Assembly: GCF_050320075.1 (NCBI RefSeq)
Contig: NZ_CP190018.1
Source: Escherichia coli
GTDB taxonomy: Bacteria > Pseudomonadota > Gammaproteobacteria > Enterobacterales > Enterobacteriaceae
Reading direction: 5' to 3' (one strand)
DNA: 64,000 nucleotides
Both the position numbers and the translations under genes were made by a program. This document shows positions 41,846-51,183 of the stretch, in pieces (the first letter of the stretch is position 1; each line of letters starts with the position of its first letter). Below the pieces are notes generated by a model. It saw only the letters and a program-made list of their open reading frames with translations. It ran no database searches and was not told the origin of the DNA.

Positions 41846-42912
41846 TATTTTTGTAGAGCCGGAGGAAACAGACCAGACGGTTTAAATGAGCCGGTTACGT
41901 TTGATCCGCTGTTTCTGCGTCTCTTTTTCCGTGAGAGCTATCCCTTCACCACGGAGAAAGTCTATCTCTCACAAATTCCGGGACTGGTAAACATAGCGCT
42001 GTACGTTTCGCCGATTGTTTCCGGTGAGGTTATCCGTTCCCGTGGCGGCTCCACCTCTGAATTTACGCCGGGATATGTCAAGCCGAAGCATGAAGTGAAT
42101 CCGCAGATGACCCTGCGTCGCCTGCCGGATGAAGATCCGCAGAATCTGGCGGACCCGGCTTACCGCCGCCGTCGCATCATCCTGCAGAACATGCGTGACG
42201 AAGAGCTGGCCATTGCTCAGGTCGAAGAGATGCAGGCAGTTTCTGCCGTGCTCAAGGGCAAATACACCATGACCGGTGAAGCCTTCGATCCGGTTGAGGT
42301 GGATATGGGCCGCAGTGAGGCGAATAACATCACGCAGTCCGGCGGCACGGAGTGGAGCAAGCGTGACAAGTCCACGTATGACCCGACCGACGATATCGAA
42401 GCCTACGCGCTGAACGCCAGCGGAGTGGTGAATATCATCGTGTTTGATCCGAAAGGCTGGGCGCTGTTCCGTTCCTTCAAAGCCGTCAGGGAGAAGCTGG
42501 ATACTCGTCGCGGCTCTCATTCCGAGCTGGAGACAGCGGTGAAAGACCTGGGCAAAGCGGTGTCCTACAAGGGGATGTATGGCGATGTGGCCATCGTCGT
42601 GTATTCCGGACAGTACGTGGAAAACGGCGTCAAAAAGAACTTCCTGCCGGACAACACGATGGTGCTGGGGAACACTCAGGCACGCGGTCTGCGCACCTAT
42701 GGCTGCATTCAGGATGCGGACGCACAGCGCGAAGGCATTAACTCCTCTGCCCGTTACCCGAAAAACTGGGTGACCACCGGCGATCCGGCGCGTGAGTTCA
42801 CCATGATTCAGTCAGCACCGCTGATGCTGCTGGCTGACCCTGATGAGTTCGTGTCCGTACAACTGGCGTAATCGTGGCCCTTCGGGGCCATTTTCTCTCT
42901 GTGGAGGAGTCC

Positions 42913-43308
42913 ATGACGAAAGATGAACTGATTGTCCGTCTCCGGTCGCTGGGTGAGCAACTGAACCGTGATGTCAGCCTGACGGGGACGAAAGAAGAAC
43001 TGGCGCTCCGTGTGGCAGAGCTGGAAGAGGAGCTTGATGACACGGATGACGCTGCCGGTCAGGATACCCCTCTCAGACCGGAAAATGCGCTGACCGGACA
43101 TGAAAATGAGGTGGTATCAGAGCAGCCGGATACCATGATTGATACGGCTGCTCTGGTCACGGTCGTGGCACTGGTGACGCTGCATACTGATGCACTTCAC
43201 GCCACGCGGGATGAACCTGTGGCATTTGTGCTGCCGGGAACGGCGTTTCGTGTCTCTGTCGGTGTGGCAGCTGAAATGACAGAGCGCGGCCTGGCCAGAA
43301 TGCAATAA
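42913..43308 (+). CDS. FI: DNA packaging protein FI
   Basis: 131 aa MTKDELIVRLRSLGEQLNRDVSL..., lambda-like. Confidence 0.85.
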   Translation: MTKDELIVRLRSLGEQLNRDVSLTGTKEELALRVAELEEELDDTDDAAGQDTPLRPENALTGHENEVVSEQPDTMIDTAALVTVVALVTLHTDALHATRDEPVAFVLPGTAFRVSVGVAAEMTERGLARMQ

Positions 43309-43319
43309 CGGGAGGCGCT

Positions 43320-43673
43320 GTGGCTGATTTCGATAACCTGTTCGATGCTGCCATTGCCCGCGCCGATGAAACGATACGCGGGTACATGGGAACGTCAGCC
43401 ACCATGACATCCGGTGAGCAGTCCGGCGCAGTAATACGTGGTGTTTTTGATGACCCTGAAAATATCAGCTATGCCGGACAGGGCGTACGCGTTGAAGGCT
43501 CCAGCCCGTCCCTGTTTGTCCGGACTGATGATGTGCGGCAGCTGCGGCGTGGAGACACGCTGATCATCGGTGAGGAAAACTTCTGGGTAGATCGGGTTAC
43601 GCCGGATGATGGCGGAAGCTGTCATCTCTGGCTTGGGCGGGGCGTACCGCCTGCCGTTAACCGTCGCCGCTGA
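43320..43673 (+). CDS. FII: Head-tail connector FII
   Basis: 117 aa, lambda-like. Confidence 0.85.
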   Translation: MADFDNLFDAAIARADETIRGYMGTSATMTSGEQSGAVIRGVFDDPENISYAGQGVRVEGSSPSLFVRTDDVRQLRRGDTLIIGEENFWVDRVTPDDGGSCHLWLGRGVPPAVNRRR

Positions 43674-43684
43674 AAGGGGGATGT

Positions 43685-44263
43685 ATGGCCATAAAAGGTC
43701 TTGAGCAGGCCGTTGAAAACCTCAGCCGTATCAGCAAAACGGCGGTGCCCGGTGCCGCCGCAATGGCCATTAACCGCGTTGCTTCATCCGCGATATCGCA
43801 GTCTGCGTCACAGGTTGCCCGTGAGACAAAGGTACGCCGGAAACTGGTAAAGGAAAGGGCCAGGCTGAAAAGGGCCACGGTCAAAAATCCGCAGGCCAGA
43901 ATCAGGGTTAACCGGGGGGATTTGCCCGTAATCAGGCTGGGTAATGCGCGGGTTGTCCTGTCCCGCCGCAGGCGTCGTAAAAAGGGGCAGCGTTCATCCC
44001 TGAAAGGTGGCGGCAGCGTGCTTGTGGTGGGAAACCGTCGTATTCCCGGCGCGTTTATTCAGCAACTGAAAAATGGCCGGTGGCATGTCATGCAGCGTGT
44101 GGCCGGGAAAAACCGTTACCCCATTGATGTGGTGAAAATCCCGATGGCGGTGCCGCTGACCACGGCGTTTAAACAGAATATTGAGCGGATACGGCGTGAG
44201 CGTCTTCCGAAAGAGCTGGGCTATGCGCTGCAGCATCAACTGAGAATGGTAATAAAGCGATGA
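43685..44263 (+). CDS. Z: Tail completion protein Z
   Basis: 192 aa, lambda-like. Confidence 0.85.
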   Translation: MAIKGLEQAVENLSRISKTAVPGAAAMAINRVASSAISQSASQVARETKVRRKLVKERARLKRATVKNPQARIRVNRGDLPVIRLGNARVVLSRRRRRKKGQRSSLKGGGSVLVVGNRRIPGAFIQQLKNGRWHVMQRVAGKNRYPIDVVKIPMAVPLTTAFKQNIERIRRERLPKELGYALQHQLRMVIKR

Positions 44264-44655
44264 AACATACTGAACTCCGTGCAGCCGTACTGGATGCACT
44301 GGAGAAGCATGACACCGGGGCGACGCTTTTTGATGGTCGCCCCGCTGTTTTTGATGAGGCGGATTTTCCGGCAGTTGCCGTTTATCTCACCGGCGCTGAA
44401 TACACGGGCGAAGAGCTGGACAGCGATACCTGGCAGGCGGAGCTGCATATCGAAGTTTTCCTGCCTGCTCAGGTGCCGGATTCAGAGCTGGATGCGTGGA
44501 TGGAGTCCCGGATTTATCCGGTGATGAGCGATATCCCGGCACTGTCAGATTTGATCACCAGTATGGTGGCCAGTGGCTATGACTACCGGCGCGACGATGA
44601 TGCGGGCCTGTGGAGTTCAGCCGATCTGACTTATGTCATTACCTATGAAATGTGA
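44260..44655 (+). CDS. U: Tail terminator U
   Basis: 131 aa, lambda-like. Confidence 0.85.
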   Translation: MKHTELRAAVLDALEKHDTGATLFDGRPAVFDEADFPAVAVYLTGAEYTGEELDSDTWQAELHIEVFLPAQVPDSELDAWMESRIYPVMSDIPALSDLITSMVASGYDYRRDDDAGLWSSADLTYVITYEM

Positions 44656-44662
44656 GGACGAT

Positions 44663-45403
44663 ATGCCAACACCAAATCCTCTGGCACCGGTGAAAGGGGC
44701 CGGGACCACACTGTGGGTTTATAAGGGGAACGGTGACCCTTATGCGAACCCGCTTTCAGACGTTGACTGGTCGCGTCTGGCAAAAGTTAAAGACCTGACA
44801 CCCGGCGAACTGACCGCTGAGTCCTATGACGACAGCTATCTCGATGATGAAGATGCGGACTGGACTGCGACCGGGCAGGGGCAGAAATCCGCCGGAGATA
44901 CCAGCTTCACGCTGGCGTGGATGCCCGGAGAGCAGGGGCAGCAGGCGCTGCTGGCGTGGTTTAATGAAGGTGATACCCGTGCCTATAAAATCCGCTTCCC
45001 GAACGGCACGGTCGATGTGTTCCGCGGCTGGGTCAGCAGTATCGGTAAGGCGGTGACGGCGAAGGAAGTGATCACCCGCACGGTGAAAGTCACCAATGTG
45101 GGACGTCCGTCGATGGCAGAAGATCGCAGCACGGTAACAGCGGTAACCGGTATGACCGTGACGCCAGCCAGCGCTTCCGTAGTGAAAGGGAAGAGCACCA
45201 CGCTGAGCGTGGCATTCCAGCCGGAAGGCGCAACCGACAAGAGCTTCCGTGCGGTGTCAGCGGATAAAACAAAAGCCACCGTGTCGGTCAGTGGTATGAC
45301 CATCACCGTGAATGGCGTTGCTGCAGGCAAGGTCAACATTCCGGTTGTATCCGGTAATGGTGAGTTTGCTGCGGTTGCAGAAATCACCGTCACCGCCAGT
45401 TAA
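44663..45403 (+). CDS. V: Major tail tube protein V (with C-terminal Ig-like domain)
   Basis: 246 aa from ATG 44663 ([14 protein letters not shown]...), lambda-like. Confidence 0.85.
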   Translation: MPTPNPLAPVKGAGTTLWVYKGNGDPYANPLSDVDWSRLAKVKDLTPGELTAESYDDSYLDDEDADWTATGQGQKSAGDTSFTLAWMPGEQGQQALLAWFNEGDTRAYKIRFPNGTVDVFRGWVSSIGKAVTAKEVITRTVKVTNVGRPSMAEDRSTVTAVTGMTVTPASASVVKGKSTTLSVAFQPEGATDKSFRAVSADKTKATVSVSGMTITVNGVAAGKVNIPVVSGNGEFAAVAEITVTAS

Positions 45404-45418
45404 TCCGGAGAATCAGAG

Positions 45419-45841
45419 ATGTTCCTGAAAACCGAATCATTTGAACATAACGGTGTGACCGTCACGCTTTCTGAACTGTCAGCCCTGCAGCGTATTGAGC
45501 ATCTCGCCCTGATGAAACGGCAGGCAGAACAGGCGGAGTCAGACAGCAACCGGAAGTTTACTGTGGAAGACGCCATCAGAACCGGCGCGTTTCTGGTGGC
45601 GATGTCCCTGTGGCATAACCATCCGCAGAAGACAAAGCAGCCTTCCATGAATGAAGCCGTTAAACAGATTGAGCAGGAAGTGCTTACCACCTGGCCCACA
45701 GAGGCAATTTCTCATGCTGAAAACGTGGTGTACCGGCTGTCTGGTATGTATGAGTTTGTGGTGAATAATGCCCCTGAACAGGAAGAGGACGCCGGGCCCG
45801 CAGAGCCTGTTTCTGCGGGAAAGTGTTCGACGGTGAGCTGA
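45419..45841 (+). CDS. G: Tail assembly chaperone G
   Basis: 140 aa, lambda-like. Confidence 0.85.
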   Translation: MFLKTESFEHNGVTVTLSELSALQRIEHLALMKRQAEQAESDSNRKFTVEDAIRTGAFLVAMSLWHNHPQKTKQPSMNEAVKQIEQEVLTTWPTEAISHAENVVYRLSGMYEFVVNNAPEQEEDAGPAEPVSAGKCSTVS

Positions 45842-46257
45842 GTTTTGCCCTGAAACTGGCGCGTGAGATGGGGCGACCCGACTGGCGTGCCATGCTTGCC
45901 GGGATGTCATCCACGGAGTATGCCGACTGGCACCGCTTTTACAGTACCCATTATTTTCATGATGTTCTGCTGGATATGCACTTTTCCGGGCTGACGTACA
46001 CCGTGCTCAGCCTGTTTTTCAGCGATCCGGATATGCATCCGCTGGATTTCAGTCTGCTGAACCGGCGCGAGGCTGACGAAGAGCCTGAAGATGATGTGCT
46101 GATGCAGAAAGCGGCAGGGCTTGCCGGAGGTGTCCGCTTTGGCCCGGACGGGAATGAAGTTATCCCCGCTTCCCCGGATGTGGCGGACATGACGGAGGAT
46201 GACGTAATGCTGATGACAGTATCAGAAGGGATCGCAGGAGGAGTCCGGTATGGCTGA
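45419..46257 (+). CDS. G-T: G-T fusion by programmed -1 frameshift
   Basis: Slippery heptamer GGGAAAG at 45817-45823; downstream -1 frame ORF 45823..46257. Confidence 0.75.
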
Positions 46258-48811
46258 ACCGGTAGGCGATCTGGTCGTTGATTTGAGTCTGGATGCGGCC
46301 AGATTTGACGAGCAGATGGCCAGAGTCAGGCGTCATTTTTCCGGTACGGAAAGTGATGCGAAAAGAACAGCGGCAGTCGTTGAACAGTCGCTGAGCCGAC
46401 AGGCGCTGGCTGCACAGAAAGCGGGGATTTCCGTCGGGCAGTATAAAGCCGCCATGCGTATGCTGCCTGCACAGTTCACCGACGTGGCCACGCAGCTTGC
46501 AGGCGGGCAAAGCCCGTGGCTGATCCTGCTGCAACAGGGTGGTCAGGTTAAGGACTCCTTCGGCGGGATGATCCCCATGTTCCGGGGGCTTGCCGGTGCG
46601 ATCACCCTGCCGATGGTCGGGGCCACCTCGCTGGCGGTGGCGACCGGTGCGCTGGCGTATGCCTGGTATCAGGGTAACTCAACCCTGTCCGATTTCAACA
46701 AAACGCTGGTCCTTTCCGGTAATCAGTCGGGTCTGACGGCAGATCGTATGCTGGTCCTGTCCAGAGCCGGGCAGGCGGCAGGGCTGACGTTTAACCAGAC
46801 CAGCGAGTCACTCAGTGCACTGGTTAAGGCGGGGGTAAGCGGTGAGGCTCAGATTGCGTCCATCAGCCAGAGTGTGGCGCGTTTCTCTTCTGCATCCGGT
46901 GTGGAGGTGGACAAGGTCGCTGAAGCCTTCGGGAAGCTGACCACTGACCCGACGTCGGGGCTGACGGCGATGGCGCGCCAGTTCCATAACGTGACGGCGG
47001 AGCAGATTGCGTATGTTGCTCAGTTGCAGCGTTCCGGCGATGAAGCCGGGGCATTGCAGGCGGCGAACGAAGCCGCAACGAAAGGGTTTGATGACCAGAC
47101 CCGCCGCCTGAAAGAGAACATGGGCACGCTGGAGACCTGGGCAGACAGGACAGCGCGGGCATTCAAATCCATGTGGGATGCGGTGCTGGATATTGGTCGT
47201 CCTGATACCGCGCAGGAGATGCTGATTAAGGCAGAGGCTGCGTTTAAGAAAGCAGACGACATCTGGAATCTGCGCAAGGATGATTATTTTGTTAACGATG
47301 AAGCGCGGGCGCGTTACTGGGATGATCGTGAAAAGGCCCGTCTTGCGCTTGAAGCCGCCCGAAAGAAGGCTGAGCAGCAGACTCAACAGGACAAAAATGC
47401 GCAGCAGCAGAGCGATACCGAAGCGTCACGGCTGAAATATACCGAAGAGGCGCAGAAGGCTTACGAACGGCTGCAGACGCCGCTGGAGAAATATACCGCC
47501 CGTCAGGAAGAACTGAACAAGGCACTGAAAGACGGGAAAATCCTGCAGGCGGATTACAACACGCTGATGGCGGCGGCGAAAAAGGATTATGAAGCGACGC
47601 TGAAAAAGCCGCAACAGTCCGGCGTGAAGGTGTCTGCGGGCGATCGTCAGGAAGACAGTGCTTATGCTGCCCTGCTGACGCTTCAGGCAGAACTCCGGAC
47701 GCTGGAGAAGCATGCCGGAGCGAATGAGAAAATCAGCCAGCAGCGCCGGGATTTGTGGAAGGCGGAGAGTCAGTTCGCGGTACTGGAGGAGGCGGCGCAA
47801 CGTCGCCAGCTGTCTGCACAGGAGAAATCCCTGCTGGCGCATAAAGATGAGACGCTGAAGTACAAACGCCAGCTGGCTGCACTTGGCGACAAGGTTACGT
47901 ATCAGGAGCGCCTGAACGCGCTGGCGCAGCAGGCGGATAAATTCGCACAGCAGCAACGGGCAAAACGGGCCGCCATTGATGCGAAAAGCCGGGGGCTGAC
48001 TGACCGGCAGGCAGAACGGGAAGCCACGGAACAGCGCCTGAAGGAACAGTATGGCGATAATCCGCTGGCGCTGAATAACGTCATGTCAGAGCAGAAAAAG
48101 ACCTGGGCGGCTGAAGACCAGCTTCGCGGGAGCTGGATGGCAGGCCTGAAGTCCGGCTGGAGTGAGTGGGAAGAGAGCGCCACGGACAGTATGTCGCAGG
48201 TTAAAAGTGCAGCCACGCAGACCTTTGATGGTATTGCACAGAATATGGCGGCGATGCTGACCGGCAGTGAGCAGAACTGGCGCAGCTTCACCCGTTCCGT
48301 GCTGTCCATGATGACAGAAATTCTGCTTAAGCAGGCAATGGTGGGGATTGTCGGGAGTATCGGCAGCGCCATTGGCGGTGCTGCCAGTGGTGGAGCATCC
48401 GCGTCAGGCGGTACAGCCATTCAGGCCGCTGCGGCGAAATTCCATTTTGCGACCGGGGGATTTACGGGAACCGGCGGCAAATATGAGCCAGCGGGGATTG
48501 TTCACCGTGGTGAATTTGTCTTCACGAAGGAGGCAACCAGCCGGATTGGTGTCGGCAACCTGTACCGCCTGATGCGGGGCTATGCGGAAGGTGGTTATGT
48601 GGGCGGTGCCGGAAGTCCGGCGCAGATGCGGCGGGCTGAAGGCATTAATTTTAATCAGAACAATCACGTGGTGATTCAGAACGACGGTACGAATGGTCTG
48701 CCAGGTCCACAGATGATGAAGGCAGTGTATGACATGGCCCGCAAGGGTGCCCGTGATGAAATTCAGGCACAGATGCGTGATGGTGGTCTGTTCTCCGGAG
48801 GTGGACGATGA
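46250..48811 (+). CDS. H: Tail tape measure protein H
   Basis: 853 aa, same length as lambda gpH. Confidence 0.9.
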   Translation: MAEPVGDLVVDLSLDAARFDEQMARVRRHFSGTESDAKRTAAVVEQSLSRQALAAQKAGISVGQYKAAMRMLPAQFTDVATQLAGGQSPWLILLQQGGQVKDSFGGMIPMFRGLAGAITLPMVGATSLAVATGALAYAWYQGNSTLSDFNKTLVLSGNQSGLTADRMLVLSRAGQAAGLTFNQTSESLSALVKAGVSGEAQIASISQSVARFSSASGVEVDKVAEAFGKLTTDPTSGLTAMARQFHNVTAEQIAYVAQLQRSGDEAGALQAANEAATKGFDDQTRRLKENMGTLETWADRTARAFKSMWDAVLDIGRPDTAQEMLIKAEAAFKKADDIWNLRKDDYFVNDEARARYWDDREKARLALEAARKKAEQQTQQDKNAQQQSDTEASRLKYTEEAQKAYERLQTPLEKYTARQEELNKALKDGKILQADYNTLMAAAKKDYEATLKKPQQSGVKVSAGDRQEDSAYAALLTLQAELRTLEKHAGANEKISQQRRDLWKAESQFAVLEEAAQRRQLSAQEKSLLAHKDETLKYKRQLAALGDKVTYQERLNALAQQADKFAQQQRAKRAAIDAKSRGLTDRQAEREATEQRLKEQYGDNPLALNNVMSEQKKTWAAEDQLRGSWMAGLKSGWSEWEESATDSMSQVKSAATQTFDGIAQNMAAMLTGSEQNWRSFTRSVLSMMTEILLKQAMVGIVGSIGSAIGGAASGGASASGGTAIQAAAAKFHFATGGFTGTGGKYEPAGIVHRGEFVFTKEATSRIGVGNLYRLMRGYAEGGYVGGAGSPAQMRRAEGINFNQNNHVVIQNDGTNGLPGPQMMKAVYDMARKGARDEIQAQMRDGGLFSGGGR

Positions 48812-49137
48812 AAACCTTCCGCTGGAAAGTGAAACCCGGTATGGATGTGGCTTCGGCCCCTTCCGTAAGAAAGGTGCGCTTTGGTGATGGCTATTCCCAG
48901 CGAGCGCCTGCCGGGCTGAACGCTGACCTGAAAACGTACAGCGTGACGCTTTCTGTTCACCGTTGGGAGGCCACGGCGCTGGAGTCGTTTCTGGCTGAGC
49001 ACGGGGGCTGGAAGGCCTTTCTGTGGACGCCGCCTTATGAGTGGCGGCAGATAAAGGTGACCTGCGCAAAATGGACGTCGCGGGTCAGTATGCTGCGTGT
49101 TGAGTTCAGCGCAGAGTTTGAACAGGTGGTGAACTGA
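48808..49137 (+). CDS. M: Minor tail protein M
   Basis: 109 aa, lambda-like. Confidence 0.85.
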   Translation: MKTFRWKVKPGMDVASAPSVRKVRFGDGYSQRAPAGLNADLKTYSVTLSVHRWEATALESFLAEHGGWKAFLWTPPYEWRQIKVTCAKWTSRVSMLRVEFSAEFEQVVN

Positions 49138-49835
49138 TGCAGGATATCCGGCAGGAAACACTGAATGAATGCACCCGTGCGGAGCAGTCGGCCAGCGTGG
49201 TGCTCTGGGAAATCGATCTGACAGAGGTCGGTGGAGAACGTTATTTTTTCTGTAATGAGCAGAACGAAAAAGGTGAGCCGGTCACCTGGCAGGGGCGGCA
49301 GTATCTGGCGTATCCCATTCAGGGGAGTGGTTTTGAACTGAATGGCAAAGGCACCAGTACGCGCCCCATGCTGGCAGTCTCTAACCTGTACGGCATGGTC
49401 ACCGGGATGGCGGAAGACCTGCAGAGTCTGGTCGGCGGAACGGTGGTCAGGCGTAAGGTTTACGCCCGTTTTCTGGATGCGGTGAACTTCGTCAACGGAA
49501 ACAGCGATGCCGATCCGGAGCAGGAGGTGATCAGCCGCTGGCGCATCGAACAGTGCAGCGAACTGAGCGCGGTCAGTGCCTCTTTTGTACTGTCCACACC
49601 GACGGAAACGGACGGCGCTGTTTTTCCGGGGCGCATCATGCTGGCCAACACCTGCACCTGGACCTATCGCGGTGATGAGTGCGGTTATCACGGTCCGGCG
49701 GTCGCGGATGAATATGACCAGCCGACGTCCGATATCACGAAGGATAAATGCAGCAAATGCCTGAGTGGCTGTAAGTTTCGCAATAATGTCGGCAACTTTG
49801 GCGGCTTCCTTTCCATTAACAAACTTTCGCAGTAA
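49137..49835 (+). CDS. L: Minor tail protein L
   Basis: 232 aa, lambda-like. Confidence 0.85.
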   Translation: MQDIRQETLNECTRAEQSASVVLWEIDLTEVGGERYFFCNEQNEKGEPVTWQGRQYLAYPIQGSGFELNGKGTSTRPMLAVSNLYGMVTGMAEDLQSLVGGTVVRRKVYARFLDAVNFVNGNSDADPEQEVISRWRIEQCSELSAVSASFVLSTPTETDGAVFPGRIMLANTCTWTYRGDECGYHGPAVADEYDQPTSDITKDKCSKCLSGCKFRNNVGNFGGFLSINKLSQ

Positions 49836-49840
49836 ATCCC

Positions 49841-50584
49841 ATGACAGAGACAGAATCAGCGATTCTGGCGCACGCCCGGCGATGTGCGCCAGCGGAGTCG
49901 TGCGGCTTCGTGGTGAGAACGCCGGAGGGGGAAAGATATTTTCCCTGCGTGAATATCTCCGGTGAGCCGGAGGATTATTTCCGGATGTCGCCGGAGGACT
50001 GGCTGCAGGCAGAGATGCAGGGTGAGATTGTGGCGCTGGTCCACAGTCATCCCGGTGGTCTGCCCTGGCTGAGTGAGGCTGACCGGTGGCTGCAGGTGCA
50101 GAGTGATTTGCCGTGGTGGCTGGTCTGCCGGGGGGCGATTCACAAGTTCCGCTGTGTGCCGCATCTCACCGGGCGGCGCTTTGAGCACGGGGTGACGGAC
50201 TGTTACACGCTGTTCCGGGACGCTTACCATCTGGCGGGGATTGAGATGCCGGATTTTACGCGGGAGGATGACTGGTGGCGTCACGGTCAGAATCTCTATC
50301 TGGATAATCTGGAGGCCACAGGGCTGTATCAGGTGCCGTTGTCAGCGGCGCAGCCGGGCGATGTGCTGCTGTGCTGTTTTGGTTCATCGGTGCCGAATCA
50401 CGCCGCAATTTACTGCGGCGACGGCGAGCTGCTGCACCATATTCCTGAACAACTGAGCAAACGAGAGAGGTATACCGACAAATGGCAGCGACGCACACAC
50501 TCCCTCTGGCGTCACCGGGCATGGCGCGCATCTGCCTTTACGGGGATTTACAACGATTTGGTCGCCGCATCGACCTTCGTGTGA
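49841..50584 (+). CDS. K: Tail tip assembly protein K (JAB/NlpC-P60-like)
   Basis: 247-aa ORF with HSHPGG motif; 3' end overlaps I in another frame. Confidence 0.75.
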   Translation: MTETESAILAHARRCAPAESCGFVVRTPEGERYFPCVNISGEPEDYFRMSPEDWLQAEMQGEIVALVHSHPGGLPWLSEADRWLQVQSDLPWWLVCRGAIHKFRCVPHLTGRRFEHGVTDCYTLFRDAYHLAGIEMPDFTREDDWWRHGQNLYLDNLEATGLYQVPLSAAQPGDVLLCCFGSSVPNHAAIYCGDGELLHHIPEQLSKRERYTDKWQRRTHSLWRHRAWRASAFTGIYNDLVAASTFV

Positions 50585-51123
50585 AAACGGGGGCTGAAGC
50601 CATCCGGGCGCTGGCCACACAGCTCCCGGCGTTTCGTCAGAAACTGAGCGACGGCTGGTATCAGGTACGGATTGCCGGGCGTGATACAGGTGAAACGGAA
50701 TTATCAGCCCGTCTTAATGAACCGCTGGCAAATGGTGCTGTGATCCATATCGTGCCGCGTCTGGCAGGAGCCAAAAGTGGCGGTGTGTTTCAGGCTGTGC
50801 TGGGGGCGGCTGTTATGGCGGTTGCTATATGGATGCCGGGGGTAGGAATTATGGCGAGTAATCTGCTGTTTTCTCTCGGTGCCAGTATGACGCTTGGCGG
50901 TGTTGCACAGATGCTGGCCCCTAAACCCAAAACCCCCCGCACACAGACAACGGATAACGGCAAACAGAACACCTATTTTTCTTCACTGGATAATATGGTT
51001 GCCCAGGGCAATGTTCTGCCCGTTCTGTACGGTGAAATGCGCGTGGGATCACGTGTGGTATCTCAGGAGATCAGCACAGCAGATGAAGGTGATGGTGGTC
51101 AGGTTGTGGTGATTGGTCGCTGA
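50482..51123 (+). CDS. I: Tail tip assembly protein I
   Basis: 213 aa MAATHTLPLASPGMARICLYGDLQRFG..., lambda-like. Confidence 0.85.
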   Translation: MAATHTLPLASPGMARICLYGDLQRFGRRIDLRVKTGAEAIRALATQLPAFRQKLSDGWYQVRIAGRDTGETELSARLNEPLANGAVIHIVPRLAGAKSGGVFQAVLGAAVMAVAIWMPGVGIMASNLLFSLGASMTLGGVAQMLAPKPKTPRTQTTDNGKQNTYFSSLDNMVAQGNVLPVLYGEMRVGSRVVSQEISTADEGDGGQVVVIGR

Positions 51124-51183
51124 TGAAAAACGTTTTATGTGAAACCGCCTCCGGGCGGTTTTATCGTTTATGGAGCATGACGA

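Larger units (their letters stand above)
39200..41898 (-). mobile_element. IS66-family insertion sequence (~2.7 kb) with 8-bp target duplication GTTTGATC
   Basis: Imperfect terminal inverted repeats starting GTAAGCG / GTAACCG; TSD at 39192-39199 and 41899-41906; three transposase ORFs. Confidence 0.85.
39139..42871 (+). pseudogene. E: Major capsid protein gene E, split after codon 20 by an IS66-family insertion
   Basis: 5' 20 codons MSMYTTAQLLAANEQKFKFD at 39139-39198; remainder FDPLFLRLFF... resumes at 41899 and runs to 42871. Confidence 0.85.
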
